NCBI GenBank assembly: GCA_030141605.1
Contig: JAQGDQ010000049.1
Location: forward strand, 372,001 to 436,000
Source of the DNA: Tubiluchus corallicola
Lineage: Eukaryota; Animalia; Priapulida
Direction of reading: 5' to 3'
DNA length: 64,000 nt
Shown: positions 11,601-24,250 of the stretch, in pieces
Numbering within the stretch: position 1 is the first letter of the stretch
Layout: each line of letters begins with the position of its first letter
The notes under the pieces: generated by a model
Databases searched by the model: none
Seen by the model: the letters and a program-made list of their open reading frames with translations, nothing else
What the model was told of the DNA's origin: nothing
Program-made: the position numbers and the translations under genes

Positions 11601-14600
11601 TAGCTTCAAAGCACTTAGAACTTGGTATGGTAATATTTTGAAAAACTTCATTCGAACACAATAAAATATTTATTATGCAAAAACAAGTTATTAAAAATCA
11701 ACAAGTTCTATAGTAAATCATGTACAGCTCATTTTCAGGTTAAGTAATGCAATAAAAGTGCAGTAATTAACATTACAGTTCAGTTCAGATGCGAACAGAG
11801 GTGCAGGTAAATTTATCTTTCCAGGTCAGCAGTGATCATGGCTCACAATTAACATAGTTCAGCCCACACAAGAGCATGGGTGTGTATAAATTAAACTAAA
11901 TTTATCATATTAGCTCTAAATTAACATACACAGTGATATAGTATCTGAAGCACTGTATTTTTTTGTGTTTTCACATGTGGGCTACTGTGATGAGATGGAA
12001 CAAGAATATTCCAGTGTCGAATATTCGATTAGTCAAATAATAAATTATTTGCAATTTCCACCCATAATTTTTAAAAATGTTCTTTATAAAGTAAAAAATC
12101 AAGCACATTTTAACGGGGCCCATTTTGTAATGCTTCATCCTTCTTGGTAACATGGTGTCACCTATTGCATAATCTATTGTTATCATCATAGTTTACACAT
12201 TGGTGGAGCCATGCCAAACAATAATTATCATCAGGCAGTAACAAACTCAGCAGTGAAATACTTCTGCTTATAACAGTATTTCTGGGGGATAATTTTCTTA
12301 CATGTAGATACACAGAAGACATGTACCTTATCTTCTTTGCTGCAATTGATGCAAGATTCTAGAACTTTCTCCGCAGTTAGACTTTTCCCGCTTAAGTCGA
12401 TCATTTTCCTCTTTTCTTTAATCCCAATTTGAGACATTAAGCTGTCTAACAAATAAGTATGATCATATTGCATAAACAATGACTATCACCAAATAACCTA
12501 TTGTAGGAAATGATTTATATTTTTGTCTACAGTTTACATGTAGCAAAACTGAAACTCTACCGCAGCAAATATTAAATCTATTTTAAAGAAGCACTTGAAT
12601 TTCTAAAGTATCAGAGAGAAGACAATAAAAATGATAATGATAATGACGATAATGACAACAAAGGTGAAACAATGGGAAAAAAAGATGTTCAGTTTGCACA
12701 TCATTTTGTATTTCTAGCCATTCTAGGTTAAAACTACTCCTAATACCAAGCTTTACAACAAACATGTAAAAATGCAAAAGTGGAAAATATTATAACAATA
12801 TCTGCGTTACAATCTCACTTGCAATACCTCTCACAATTCTCTTCAGCTGAATTGTTCATACTTACTTAATTTTTCTGCAACTGTCTTTTTCTTCTTCTTT
12901 CCATGCAGCATGGGTCGTACTGGTCCCAAATGCACCAAGGTCAGAGTGGCAGAAAACACAAGAGTTTGCCGTTTCTTTCTGTTTTCATCATTGCTAAAAC
13001 CATAATTATGCAAGCTGAAAATTGGTCTTATTAAAGTTATATTTTCTTTTGAGATAGTTTATATGCTAACATTTGAAAAAAGGAATTTAAAATCAAAAAA
13101 GCAAATTTCGAATGTAAATTAAAAAGAGCTAAAAACTCAACCCTACTAGGGCTTGAACACAAAAAGTTTATTTAATAGAGCATTCCATTAAATGATATGT
13201 TAAAGAGCAGAAAGGGGAGACGTAAAAAAGATGCAGGACCAGTCATTATTATTGTAAAAAATGCTAAATTGTTCCGAAAAGTTATCGAGCCAAGTCATCC
13301 ACTTCATAATCTGCTGCCTCCAAAAAGAAAAAAATGGATGCCTTAGAGTAGAAAGTTTGTTTTCTTGACCCAAATTAAAAAAACAAAAAGGCAAGTAACA
13401 CATTTTTGATGTACATTACCATTAACATTTCATCTTTTATTGCTTTTTTTGGTTTTATTGTCAGTTTAAATTTATTCAATGCAAAAATTTTTACTCTGTT
13501 TTATACACACATTTTAGTACCCAAGCATTTGTTCTTAATTGAATAATTAAACAATTATTTGATATATTGTCAGTTTTTTAGAAGCTGTATTTTAAATTGA
13601 AATGTAAATCAGCTTGTTTAAATTTTGTTCTGAAATTATACTAATAACTTCTTAATTGTAAATTAGCCATGGAGAATGTGGCAACTTTTTTATAAAAATA
13701 AAAGACATTTACCTACTGACTTACTCTCTTACTTACTAAAGAAGTTAGTTAGTCAACCATATGGTAAATTATTCTTTAACGGATCATGACAAATGACAAA
13801 AAGCATTAAACTACAGATGCTACAATTGGGACACGTTTTTGTTACTAACAGATCTAACACTTTGTATATTTTGCAAATACAAAAACTTTATATAACTTGT
13901 AAATACAAAATAAAATCATTCAGAATCATTTAACAGATTTTAATTCACAGTCAACTCAATTAAAAACAAAAATGCACAAGCTCAGACTATGCTTACTCGT
14001 TAATAACTTCTAAAATGTTTGACAGTTCAGCAAAATGCCCCCTTTCTATCATTCTGTCTGCTTCATCTATGACTAGAATTTTGAGTTTACTCAACTGCTG
14101 CAGATGAGGCTCACCCTGCAAAAAACCAAAACAAACTTAACATTAGAGAAAGTAGCAATGACAGACTGTTTTATATATTTGACATTTTGTTACCACGGTA
14201 AAACACTCAATGAAAAACACTTACTTGTTTACTGGCTAAGCTTAGCATTGCATATCATGACCACCTAGCTATATATCCCCATGTGTGACTTAAAATAACA
14301 GATTACATAAGCCAACACAAAAAAATAACACAAGAAAAATATAAATATAAAACAAATAATACAATCAATTTAGAACTTGATGCCTAGTCTCTATATAAAA
14401 TAAGATAACAATTACAGCAGCCGCCACTTAATAGACTCACTTTGGGATCGACGTGTTTTGACCCATTTAACCGACTGAACCTATTAACCGATGGTCGTAG
14501 TATTACTGGCACAGAAGTATGAGTCATCAGCTTACTATGCACTGCAAAGGTTTTTAATGAATTTTAGAAACAAAGTAATGCCTATATTCCTTTGTGCAGT

Positions 14601-17600
14601 TAAAACTTGGAAAAAAATTAAAATATTAATTTATATAAGTGAATTAGCAATAAAATGTATACTTTTCTAAATCTGTTTATTTGCAAAAATTCCTTCAAAG
14701 TCGGCTGCTTCATTTTCTCACAAACAAGTTGGCCCACAAAGTTCTCGTAATTATAAAAATGTTGAAAATCTGTTGTTGTGTGTGACTAAAACAGTTCTGA
14801 ATCGTCTGCTCACTTACACTGCTCTTATTTGCTGTACGATGTTTACTCTTGTAAGTCACAAGGAATACCGGCTGATTACTGTACCTGCATCTTTGACTGT
14901 TAACTCATTAAGCCTGAAAGCACGATTTGCAAAGACAGCATCAAAAGAAAACCGCTAGGCAACTGATTAAATATTTAGCTTCCAGAAATTTTTTGGGTAA
15001 CAGTGAGCCGCTAACAGATTCAAAACAAACCCGCTACGCTAGTGTGTTAGTGCATGATAAACATACCTGCTTATAAACAAAACAGTACTTAACATGCTTG
15101 TTTCTGTATACATAGTGCACAAAAGGGAAGTAAAGATGACATAAAAGTAGAAAAGGCTCTTTGGGCACATACAAATATCTTATTTTAAGTAGGTGAAGGA
15201 AAAATATTGAGTCAATTATGCAGAGTTATATGAGTCAATTACCATAGTTGTTATGTATATTTCAATAGAAGCGGCCCATTTCAGGCGTTTTTGAGTCAAT
15301 TAAACGATTGAGTCTATTAACCGTGAGTCTATTAAGCGGCGCCTACTGTATTATTATTATTATTTTATTACTTACATTTGACAGAGTGCAATCAACTTGC
15401 ATGCTCTAGAATGCTTTACAATAATTACAAATCAAACATCTCACACTTTGATAATAAATTCACATATAATAATAAATTGTATAAATTGGATCTAATACCT
15501 TTAAACTAGCAAACTTTCAATTAGATTAAAATAGCAAATGAAACTTGCATTATAAATATAAACAAATCTCTGAGAAACAAAAGGCTTTTAGGAACAAGAA
15601 AGTTTTTAATTTGGATTTGAGAGTATAAAAATTGCAGCAAGTTCCAGTAAGAAGGCCCACATGCTCTGAAGGACTGTTCATGAACCATTGCGAGACAATT
15701 CACACCATAATGAGCAACTAAAGAAACCCAAACCTCAAAGACATTTATCCTATTAGATTTGCACAAAAATGAGATATTACTTTATTTTTACTCTTGTCAA
15801 ATTTTCAAAAATGTTTTACAGTAACAACCAAAATAGCATAAGGAACTTTGCCTGTTGATAAAGTTCCCACAAGCGACCTGGCGTGGCTACAACAATCTCT
15901 GGTTTCTTCCGTAACAACCGTAGCTGCTTCTCTATGGAAATTCCTCCAATAACAGAAACAATCTAAAATAAAAGCGTAAGTCTCCAATAATAAAACATGC
16001 TTTAGTATTCATTAGGTGCTAATTATACAACATGAAATGAAACATGATGACATTGCACTGTGCTGCCATCCAGTATCTAGAAATGAAACCACAGAACAAA
16101 GAACTAGAAACCTAAACTTGATCATTGATTAAATAATCTTGAACTTCTAAAACAATAACATTTGCATTGTATTAGATGTTGTATTCTCTGTAGACATTTA
16201 TATTGTGTTATGTTGAAATCAGGTGTGACATCTGATTACTCTTCTTGCTACAATTACGAAATGTATGAAAAAGTTTTAACGCTGGTGGGATAGTTCAAAG
16301 TGGTATACTAATGTGCTCAGTGGTTCCTTTAATGTTTTAAATACAACCATTAGACTATATCACAAGTGTTGCAATTCCCAATATTTTTGCCCACTGGGAG
16401 AATTATGAATTGTACTAACTTTTCTTTGAATGTTTACAGGAAAACCGGACCCAATCTTAAACTGTAGGTCAATTAATCTACGCTTTAAAATATTGAAAAG
16501 AAACATCCTATTTCTTTAAGAATGATTTACGTGAAAGAATTACTGTCACAAATGCAATTTCACATTTGCGCAGCTGGTTCTTCGCTGTTACATGTATTTT
16601 GATATTCGCCAGTTAAATGGGTACTAGCACCCGCATTCGGAAATGTACGGCCCAAACAAACAATGATGCTGTAACTCTTAGTTCTGAGGTGTTCGGTTGT
16701 GATGTAATGCACACATTCCAGCTCTCGAGTACAGCAGTAAATTTGAAATTTGAACTTTTATTTCAAAATTTGCCGACTTCACTAATCACATTGAATCTCG
16801 TACCATAGCACTGTACTTCAATTTTCGTTCATGACCATGGAACGTCTGTGCCATTCAGAATTATGTTCAGTTATGATGTCATCACTAGTTGGCCTCATTC
16901 GCCATTAATTAAATTTTTAATCTATCACTTAATTATCAGAAATGTTTTTGCGTATTATTGGTGGTAAAATGTGTACTTTTCACCATACTTGAAATGAGTT
17001 AGGATATGAAAAGCGATCCTGTTGTCCTTTAATCAGCTATCTATCCACTTACCCTATGTAAGCTGATTAGCTTTGTTTTATGACTATATTTTTTGTTCAA
17101 ACTAGTACATGTTGTGCTTTTAGTTTAGGGTAAAGGTTACAATTATCCATACAAAAGTAATAATAAAAAAATGAGAAGGGGAGAAAAATGACATCTCACA
17201 GAAAGCTAGAGGCAGAGTATAAAACAGCTATCAAAATAACTTTATGATAAAATTTATTTAAACGTACCACCACACATTAACTTACCCTAATGTCAGTATA
17301 TTGAGCAACATTTCTTATATGATTCTTTACTTGGATGGCTAACTCTCTTGTTGGTGCAAGCACTAATGCTATAAGTTTTCTATTCAATGAATGTTTCTTT
17401 TCATCTTCTTTGCAAAGCTTTGCAATTAGCTCTGCTGATGGATGCAGTTCTTGTGAGCTTGATTCAGTAAAATCAAAATTCACATCTTTGATAACTTTCA
17501 CACAGCCAACAGAGTTATCCTGAAACAAAGAGAAGAAACAACCTTGTTCAACACATACATTCAAAACATTGTTAAAGAAAGACACAAAAAGATAATAAAT

Positions 17601-20600
17601 ACTAGGAAAGAAGAGACCTAATTCTCTTTTCTTACAATAAACTAATGTAAAGACCAGCTTTATAACAGAGAATGGTTTTTCTCCATTTTCTCATCCAAAA
17701 TAAAAATTTACTCTTATTCTAAACATGTGTTCCACACACGTACAACCGCAAGCCATTTGTGGTGTGTTAGGTTGGCAAAAGTTTCCATTGAAAGACATTT
17801 AATCACATGATAACATATAAATGCATGAAAACAATACTGAATAAATCTATTTAATTTTTTTTGTACTGTCACTGGGACTTAAACACGAGACCAGCTTTCT
17901 GAGCAACTATGCTGCCTGTTATACCACAAACACACCAACTTTTCAGGCTCAGAAATTCACACTATAAGCAATTAGAAGTCTATCAATGAGACAACACAAA
18001 CTGCACCATATCATAACAAAGCACATGTTCACATAAACGAACAAAAGCAATATTAAATTTGAAAGTCTGAAAAATTGATGCACCCTCACTGGGACTAACG
18101 AATATCCATAATCTGCTAACAGGAGCTTATTACCATCTTTTATACTGAGTTTTTTATACCATATTGATCGTAGTGTCCCGGACAGTAGCCACTAGCACTA
18201 GGCATTCATTTTTCGAAGATAAGACCGATTTTGTTTCAATAGGAAAAATTCTTTGAGTAGATAACATTGATGAGAAAGAGAAAGAAAGTGAGACTAGAGC
18301 AGAAAGAGAGAGAGTAGGGAGACAGGGAGGCAGAGACAAAAAATGGGGAGGGGAGGAAAGAGAGAGAGACAGAGAGAGATTATTTCTTGAATACTCCATG
18401 GGTCATTTGCAGCTTGGCATATTGGGTACATACTAAAGATCTTATTACATTCTTGCTGTAATGATTGTTGTAGTTGTAATTAATAAATAAATGAAATGAA
18501 ATAAATATTTAAATAAGCACATGATCCAACGCTTCTCTTTTATGACTAGTTAAGATTTTGCTATGGCAAAATCTTACTGTTTTTCATTGAGTTATTTATT
18601 TATTTATTAATACTTATTAAGATTTTGCCATAGCAAAATCTTACTGTTTCTCATACAGTTATTTATTTATTCTCTGCCACTTTAACGTTTAATAACTCAT
18701 AAGGCTTGCAAGCCAGGGTCGCCAAACTCACAGGGTTGGTAGCCCTGGGCGGGGGACATACAATTGTATAGCAACCGCTGACCACTGGTCAAGGGGGAAT
18801 CACAGTGGGCATTGGTCAGTTTTTCTATTATGATTCAACTCCTCCAAAGGCTTTCGTTATAGAGCTGACAAGCTTTAAACGCCCGAGTGAGGGGCCAAAA
18901 TGCAAAATTTGGGGTCCCCCAAATTGTGACCTTTTTACATGCTGAGCACTAGGGACACAAAACTCACAGGGTACACTGACAGGGCTCTCTGGCTAAAGTT
19001 ATATAAGTATACACGTGACTCGAGTCACGAAGCGGTCGTGCCTTCATTTCTTTTTCTTTAGGATCCACCTGCTCCAATAGTTTTTAAGCTAAGACGACAA
19101 TATTTGGTATGTGGTTAGGTGAGGCCAAGCTGTTGGATATGGCAAAATATGAGTGATTTGGAGGGGGGAATTTTCCGCTAGGAGGCAAAAACCAAAAAAT
19201 GGGGGTTGGGAACAGAAATGCATCAAGCGTCTTAGAATAGTACAGAGTAGCACATCAAATGAAAGGTCTCGTTGAGGCAGATCGAATGGCATAGGTTGCA
19301 ACGAGAAACGCTAATCTGTGAGCGCACTAGGGGCAAAAATCGACAAATGGGAGTCGGGAACTGAAATGCACCAAGTGTTGAGCAAAGGTACCTTGTAGCA
19401 TATCAAATGAAAGGTCTCATTGAGACGGATTGAATCGCATAGGTTGCAATGAGAATAGCTAATCCACGAACGCGCTAGGGGCAAAAACCGACAAATGGGA
19501 GTCGGGAAGTGAAGTGCACCAAGTGTTGAGCAAAGGTACCTTGTAGCATAACTAGCACACATAAACGGTTTTTCTAAACACATTAAAAACCACTAATGCA
19601 TAGTGTATCATTCACCTCTAAATCAGATAGGGATTCATCACTTGATTCAACAATTTGTCTGCTCTCCTCTTGCTTTTTCTTTTCTTCGCATGTCGCAGCA
19701 TCCTCTCTCAATTGCAAAATTCGATGAATAATTGGGATGCCAAATGCTAGTGTTTTCCCACTTCCCTGAAAAAATTCAGTTTTGCATTCTATGCAAATTT
19801 AACTGCTACTAATTTTGGAACACCCATTCATTGTTGAACTGAAATTGAGACACAGAGAGCAAATCCTACAGTGCAGTAACTCATCTATGAATGAAAGAAA
19901 AACACTAACCCTATTAACCAGCTACTAGGAATGTTAAACGATACAGATTTGAGGAGATTACAACGAAACTATAATGATAATCTATTTTTAGACGGTAAAT
20001 TATTTCGAGCGATAGAAACGCTACTGAAGTTAGACAATTCATGCAACAACAGAAAAAGTATAAATAATAATTAAAATTAAGGGCAAGTTTCAGTGCAATC
20101 ACTGTTGTATACTAAATAATAATGATACCTAATTATTACGTTTTTAACACACTGTTCACATCCAGGACTTATATCAAGTTAGATTAAGACGGTGGTACTA
20201 TATACACCACAAATATAGGCAACTACTATAAGAACTAACTTCGCGAATCCACGTATGTAACTGTTAGTCAGTGAACCATTTCTCTATGCGAGCTGCACAT
20301 GAACGTAAACTGGTGAAAAGTGGCATTAAAAATACGGTACAGTGTATTTAGCATCTGCACGTCAGTATGATTCAGAATGAAGATAGCCCGTTACTGCCAG
20401 GCGAAAGTACAAGAAAATGATTCGGCATTTAACAAGCTTACAACTTTAAACAATTCTGTTTTTCCACTTTTTTAATGAATTACTCTAATAAATTGAGAAA
20501 CTAAGAGAAATACTTTTATAAAGGCAAGCGATAAGCGATATGTGCCAAATTTGATACGATATCAACACTCCTAGAGTAATATCAATATGACAACAATAAA

Positions 20601-23534
20601 ACCAAATTTTTCGCATCAATACAGCAATTATCGATAGGTCTCATTATTGCTAACCTCCCCTACCAGCTACTAGTGTCTTATCACCAACAGAGCCAGAACT
20701 CTAACATTATCAGCGCTTGCACAAGTAAATATTTATAACGTAGCAAAGTTATCTATTTATATCTGTATTCTCTAGTCTAGATATTACCGTTTCAGCTGCA
20801 CCAATAATGTCAAGCTGATCACGGATCGCACATGGCAACGTCATCGCCTGAATTGGAGTTGGAGCAGAAAAACCCAGTGTTCTGAGAGCTTGCAAAACTA
20901 GTTCAGGAACAAACAGTTGCTCCCAAGCTGATACATCACAGTCTGTACAAAGAAAATCACTAACAATAATAACAGTACCGAAAACAATAAAGTCAAAGTA
21001 AACCCTCACCATAATATAAGCTTTTACAACATAAAATCCGACTCTCATTAAGAATATTAAATTTATTTTATTATAAACTTACTGTAAACCGTGTTTCTTT
21101 TTATTTTTATCAACTCATTCTCAGTGGTATTAAATTCGAAGAACTGCCATTTTTTGTTGCGCGAGACGAATGAGGTACGAGTATAGTCACGAAGTCACCA
21201 AAGATCGCTATACAAACATTGGTAAGCAAAAACTTTCTGTAACTCGTACGTCATTCTTGCTCACTCGTGCCAAGGGCACGAAACATGGCAATCTTTACAG
21301 CAATGCATGTATTTGAATTTGCCGGAAAAGGGTAAGTTATTTAAAGGTCCTATGACACCATTTTTTTATGTTTTTTAAGCATAGGCAGAATTACATATTT
21401 CCTAATTTTTTAAACAGCTCTGATGCATGTTTGTATGGGATATAGTAACTTAAAATAAGTGCCGTTGGTACTGTCACCAATATTATTGCCTGCCATGACA
21501 CCCAGTGCTGTGACGTCACGTTAGGAAGCGGCAATTAAAAAAAAATAAAAAATAACTTTAGCTAGGGTAGACTAACAACACAAGTATGTAAAAATATAAG
21601 CTTTTTAACAACTAAATTTAGTTTTTACATAGAGCTTACCCTGAGATCCAGCTGTCTCAGTATTAGCCATTCCAATTTCCACAATATCCCTTTGAGGGAC
21701 ATCAGGTGTTTTCTTTCTTTTCCTTTTACAGTCCCTTCTGGCTCTTTTTGACTCCACATTTGTTGATGTGGCATTTTCTGCACATAATTTAAATAATTAA
21801 TGTATATAGTTCAAAGTGATAGTTAAGCTAATATATGAAGCACAAAGCCAATTCAATCTGGATTGCATCACATTCTTTTAACAATTTTATGATTTACACA
21901 AAACTGCTCTCTAAATTAAATAAACATGAATTTCAATTAGATAAGGGCTACAGGTGTGATCTGACATTACAAACATCAAGATTCTGAATGATTTTCCATC
22001 GAAGATAATTTTGATTAGACTTGAAATCATCTTGTATTCATAACATCATCATGCTTGTCAAGAAGTGGAAATTTTCTTACCATTTGTCTTATTAGTCCTT
22101 CTGTTGACTTGAGATTTTGGCTTGTTATGGTGTACGCTTTCTGCAGCATCAAGTTCTCCTAATTCAACAACATAGTTAGGTACTTTCTGCAATACAAGGT
22201 GCACAAAACATTTAAAATTCATTTGGAGAGAGATCAAAAACCCTAAACGTAGTGCCTATGGTTTAATAAATTTTACAAGTACAATTTATAAACTAAGTAA
22301 ATGGGCTAATATAACTATCGTAGAATTCTGTTAATCTACAGGTCAAAAATTTCATATAATTGCTAAATATGCACAAATACAAAATCTGATACTCAAGCAC
22401 TTATCAGCAAATTGTTCATGCACACAAAACACCAACTAACATGTCATAAGCACAAGTAACACAAAAAGAAATATTAGTACAATAAGGGAAAATGTCAAAG
22501 GACAGTTTAACAGACTAGATATCCGTGAGTTCCCATTTGAAAATTTGATTACATTGTTTCAACAAATTAAGATGACCTAGTTGCTAATCCAGATAATAAA
22601 TAAGATAAAAAAATGTCCAAAAATAGGCGGCACCTATTATTTACGAGTACGAAAGAGCTATTGGTGGCTCATTCATTGGCAAAAGGTCAAAAGGCCCCAG
22701 GCTGCTATTCACAGATCTATTTTAAATCAATCAAATATAGCACCTAATACTGGTACGATGGGACTTGGGAATATTTTTAGTGTCATGGTATTGCCGTAGT
22801 TAACAAACTTAAGGGTTTTCCCTTACTGTTCTTTATACCATTAGTTCTCCAAACTATAGCTCACTTTTTGAAATGTGTCAGCTTAGGAGTACATATCAAT
22901 AAATTTCAGTGACAAAATTATTAGTTTTCGAACTCACTTATTATTTAATGAATGGAACTAATAAACATTAGTTGGGGGCTAACGTTAATTTCCATATGAC
23001 AAACAAACTGCAAAAGTTTTGGTTGGCATTTCAGGTTGCCTGTAACATGCAACAATTCATGCCTGAGATAACAACCCAGTCCGCATTGTGAATTTACAAA
23101 AAAATACATGACATATACCTAATTTTAGTAAATGTAAAAAGAGGATGGTAAAGTTTTTAAATACATAAAATATACTAGATGCATAATCCATATGCACATA
23201 GGTACACGAATAGTTACCATCATTTCAGATTACGAGAACAACTTTCTTAACAAACAATACTTAACCACATTAATCATAAAAATGATTAACTATTAATTAT
23301 GCTCTCTACACCACATAGATAATATCTAGAAAACCTGAAAACCTTTTTAGATGATTCTGCTATAGTTGTTTCATTGTTAATGCTGTAAAATGACTGGTCA
23401 TCCACAATTTCGTAATCAGTTACTTCTTCTATGCAAGCTAAATCATCAAAATCATCTTCTGCAACACCAGCGTCATTAGCTTTCAATTTAAGCTTTTTCC
23501 AAGTACCGCAAATATGCAATGATTTCTTTTCCAT
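4776..23534 (-). CDS. DDX24: ATP-dependent DEAD-box RNA helicase DDX24/MAK5, 16 coding exons, about 784 aa
   Basis: Exons: 23343-23534, 22081-22186, 21640-21777, 20788-20942, 19616-19765, 17286-17519, 15852-15962, 13997-14115, 12866-12993, 12327-12445, 10823-11000, 7695-7798, 7177-7294, 6584-6758, 5396-5559, 4776-4939 (2355 nt, all phases compatible). Motifs: Q motif [110 protein letters not shown] and the insert after motif I are DDX24-like. Confidence 0.92.
5345..5410. repeat. Perfect 33 bp tandem duplication spanning a DDX24 splice donor
   Basis: AATAACCTGCTCTCTCACCAAAAATTGTTGGTA x2. Confidence 0.9.
5560..6583 (-). other. U12-type (minor spliceosome) GT-AG intron of DDX24
   Basis: Donor GTATCCTTA; 3' end TTCATTAAC-TTGAGTGTAG, with a branch-site-like motif 10 nt from the AG and no polypyrimidine tract. 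The phase-2 join keeps the frame (DDEL/LPSV). Confidence 0.85.
6856..7001 (+). mobile_element. Truncated right-end copy of the 14415-15348 element
   Basis: AAAAATATTGAGTTAATTATGCAGAG...TTTTTGAGTCAATTA...CGGCGCCTATTGTA is colinear with 15186-15350. Confidence 0.7.
8553..8620. repeat. (AAT)n microsatellite
   Basis: About 20 uninterrupted AAT units. Confidence 0.95.
9099..10028 (+). CDS. Rhodopsin-like (class A) GPCR with intronless CDS, 309 aa, nested antisense in a DDX24 intron
   Basis: Uninterrupted ORF with 7 hydrophobic segments and N-terminal sequons (NAS, NNT). Motifs: [20 protein letters not shown] (TM2), [12 protein letters not shown] (DRY-like), [16 protein letters not shown] (TM6), NSLANVFIY and EFRREIKK (TM7/helix 8). 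An acceptor-like TCTGTGCAG ends at 9089, just before the ATG. Confidence 0.9.
   Translation: MEGNASDYVNTGNNTLQVAFDIFSIVLGVAIIIFNVVVIVIITKSHNLHKPLYYILCNLSIADLLAGLFLIIQTTAFTLMDQSSKNLVACGVLYNCPMQCISSSVFFYFLASFERFVSIVHPFRYHTLFTDRKVKIYTAFLWVFLFLTLISNIMFYVWDGKILDKCLSAPNGLLMHTIVTSLKIWIPIMAVIFIYIYAMILKTALRQAHEIQITSRTYDKDCQADNSQFTAKLKPIKTLGILVAIFYLGYAPSVASTFSLYNRGETPVVNRDSYYWFMLPAYCNSLANVFIYTAKLEEFRREIKKNLRF
10083..10190. repeat. Degenerate TAATACTG short-period repeat downstream of the GPCR stop
   Basis: Repeated TAATACTG/TACTGTAA units. Confidence 0.7.
11547..11646. repeat. Perfect 50 bp tandem duplication (intronic)
   Basis: TAATTAGCTTCAAAGCACTTAGAACTTGGTATGGTAATATTTTGAAAAAC x2. Confidence 0.9.
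14116..15851 (-). other. GC-AG intron of DDX24
   Basis: The exon ends ...WELYQQ at CAG|GCAAAG and the next exon starts GEPHL in phase 0. The nearest GT (+6) would break the frame. Confidence 0.75.
14415..15348. mobile_element. Non-autonomous Tc1/mariner-pogo type DNA transposon (about 930 bp) inside the GC-AG intron
   Basis: Left end TA|CAGCAGCCGCCACTTAATAGACTCAC; right end GTGAGTCTATTAAGCGGCGCCTACTG|TA (about 26 bp imperfect TIR). Subterminal GAGTCAATTA repeats. Confidence 0.75.
18549..19552 (+). mobile_element. Helentron/DINE-1-like non-autonomous element with internal ~148 bp tandem repeats
   Basis: Duplicated 5' hairpin AAGATTTTGC-N4-GCAAAATCTT, each copy followed by a (TTTA)n run. About 2.5 tandem units containing ATCAAATGAAAGGTCTC lie at 19180-19552. 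Confidence 0.55.
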
Positions 23535-23979
23535 CACCGACCTGTCACCTATATCAAATGTTTCAAAAAATGTCATTATGATCACAAATTTATTTTATAT
23601 AAAAAAATAAATACACACTTGCTTCATGTTCAATACTCGTTTCCTGGCTATGTAAATACAAGGATAAACACTATGTACACACAAAGAGACTGATAGTCAA
23701 CAACTCAGATTAACATTTCATGAGCATACTATGAATGGGTTTTAATCTGTTAGAAAAATAGTTAGCAGATTACCAGCATTCCCAATATTAATTGTTTATT
23801 TATTGTTTCTGTAACTAACATAAAATAGCTTTTACTGCTCTTCTGAAAGCAACCTATATTACATTTCGATGATATTTCAAAAATATTAGCGATAAAAACC
23901 TTTGTACAGCTCATAAATTTTCAATTCAGTTTGATAATTTTGTTTCTTTTTTGAATTTATGAAGAATCAAACGATATAC

Positions 23980-24250
23980 CTAATACAAATGAATGAATAT
24001 AGAGAGGAAGTACAGTACATGGCGCCGCAGTACATGGATTAGGCCATCATCAGTACATGGATAACGAGATGTCGCGCAAAAGCAAACGTCCAATTCAATA
24101 TTCTGAATTGTTCGTCCAACGTGCTCTCTGTAGGGCATGGAGTATGCCACTAGCCGAAGTAGGACACCGCCGCTAAAGTGCATGTGCTAAATTTGTGGAA
24201 AAGCAGTGTCGTACATGAGCAGCCCAAGCAGGGCACTGGCGATTTCTGTC
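23980..24250 (-). promoter_or_regulatory. Putative DDX24 promoter and non-coding first exon
   Basis: Locally GC/CpG-richer patch with a YY1-like ACATGGCG(CC) at 24017-24026. Minus-strand donor TAG|GTATAT at 23979, and AG acceptors just upstream of the ATG at 23534. Confidence 0.5.

Noticed and set aside
18154-18399. Minus-strand ORF as a possible extra DDX24 exon
   Set aside because: Derived from a CT/GA tract; flanking exons already join in phase 0 and there is no convincing splice pair.
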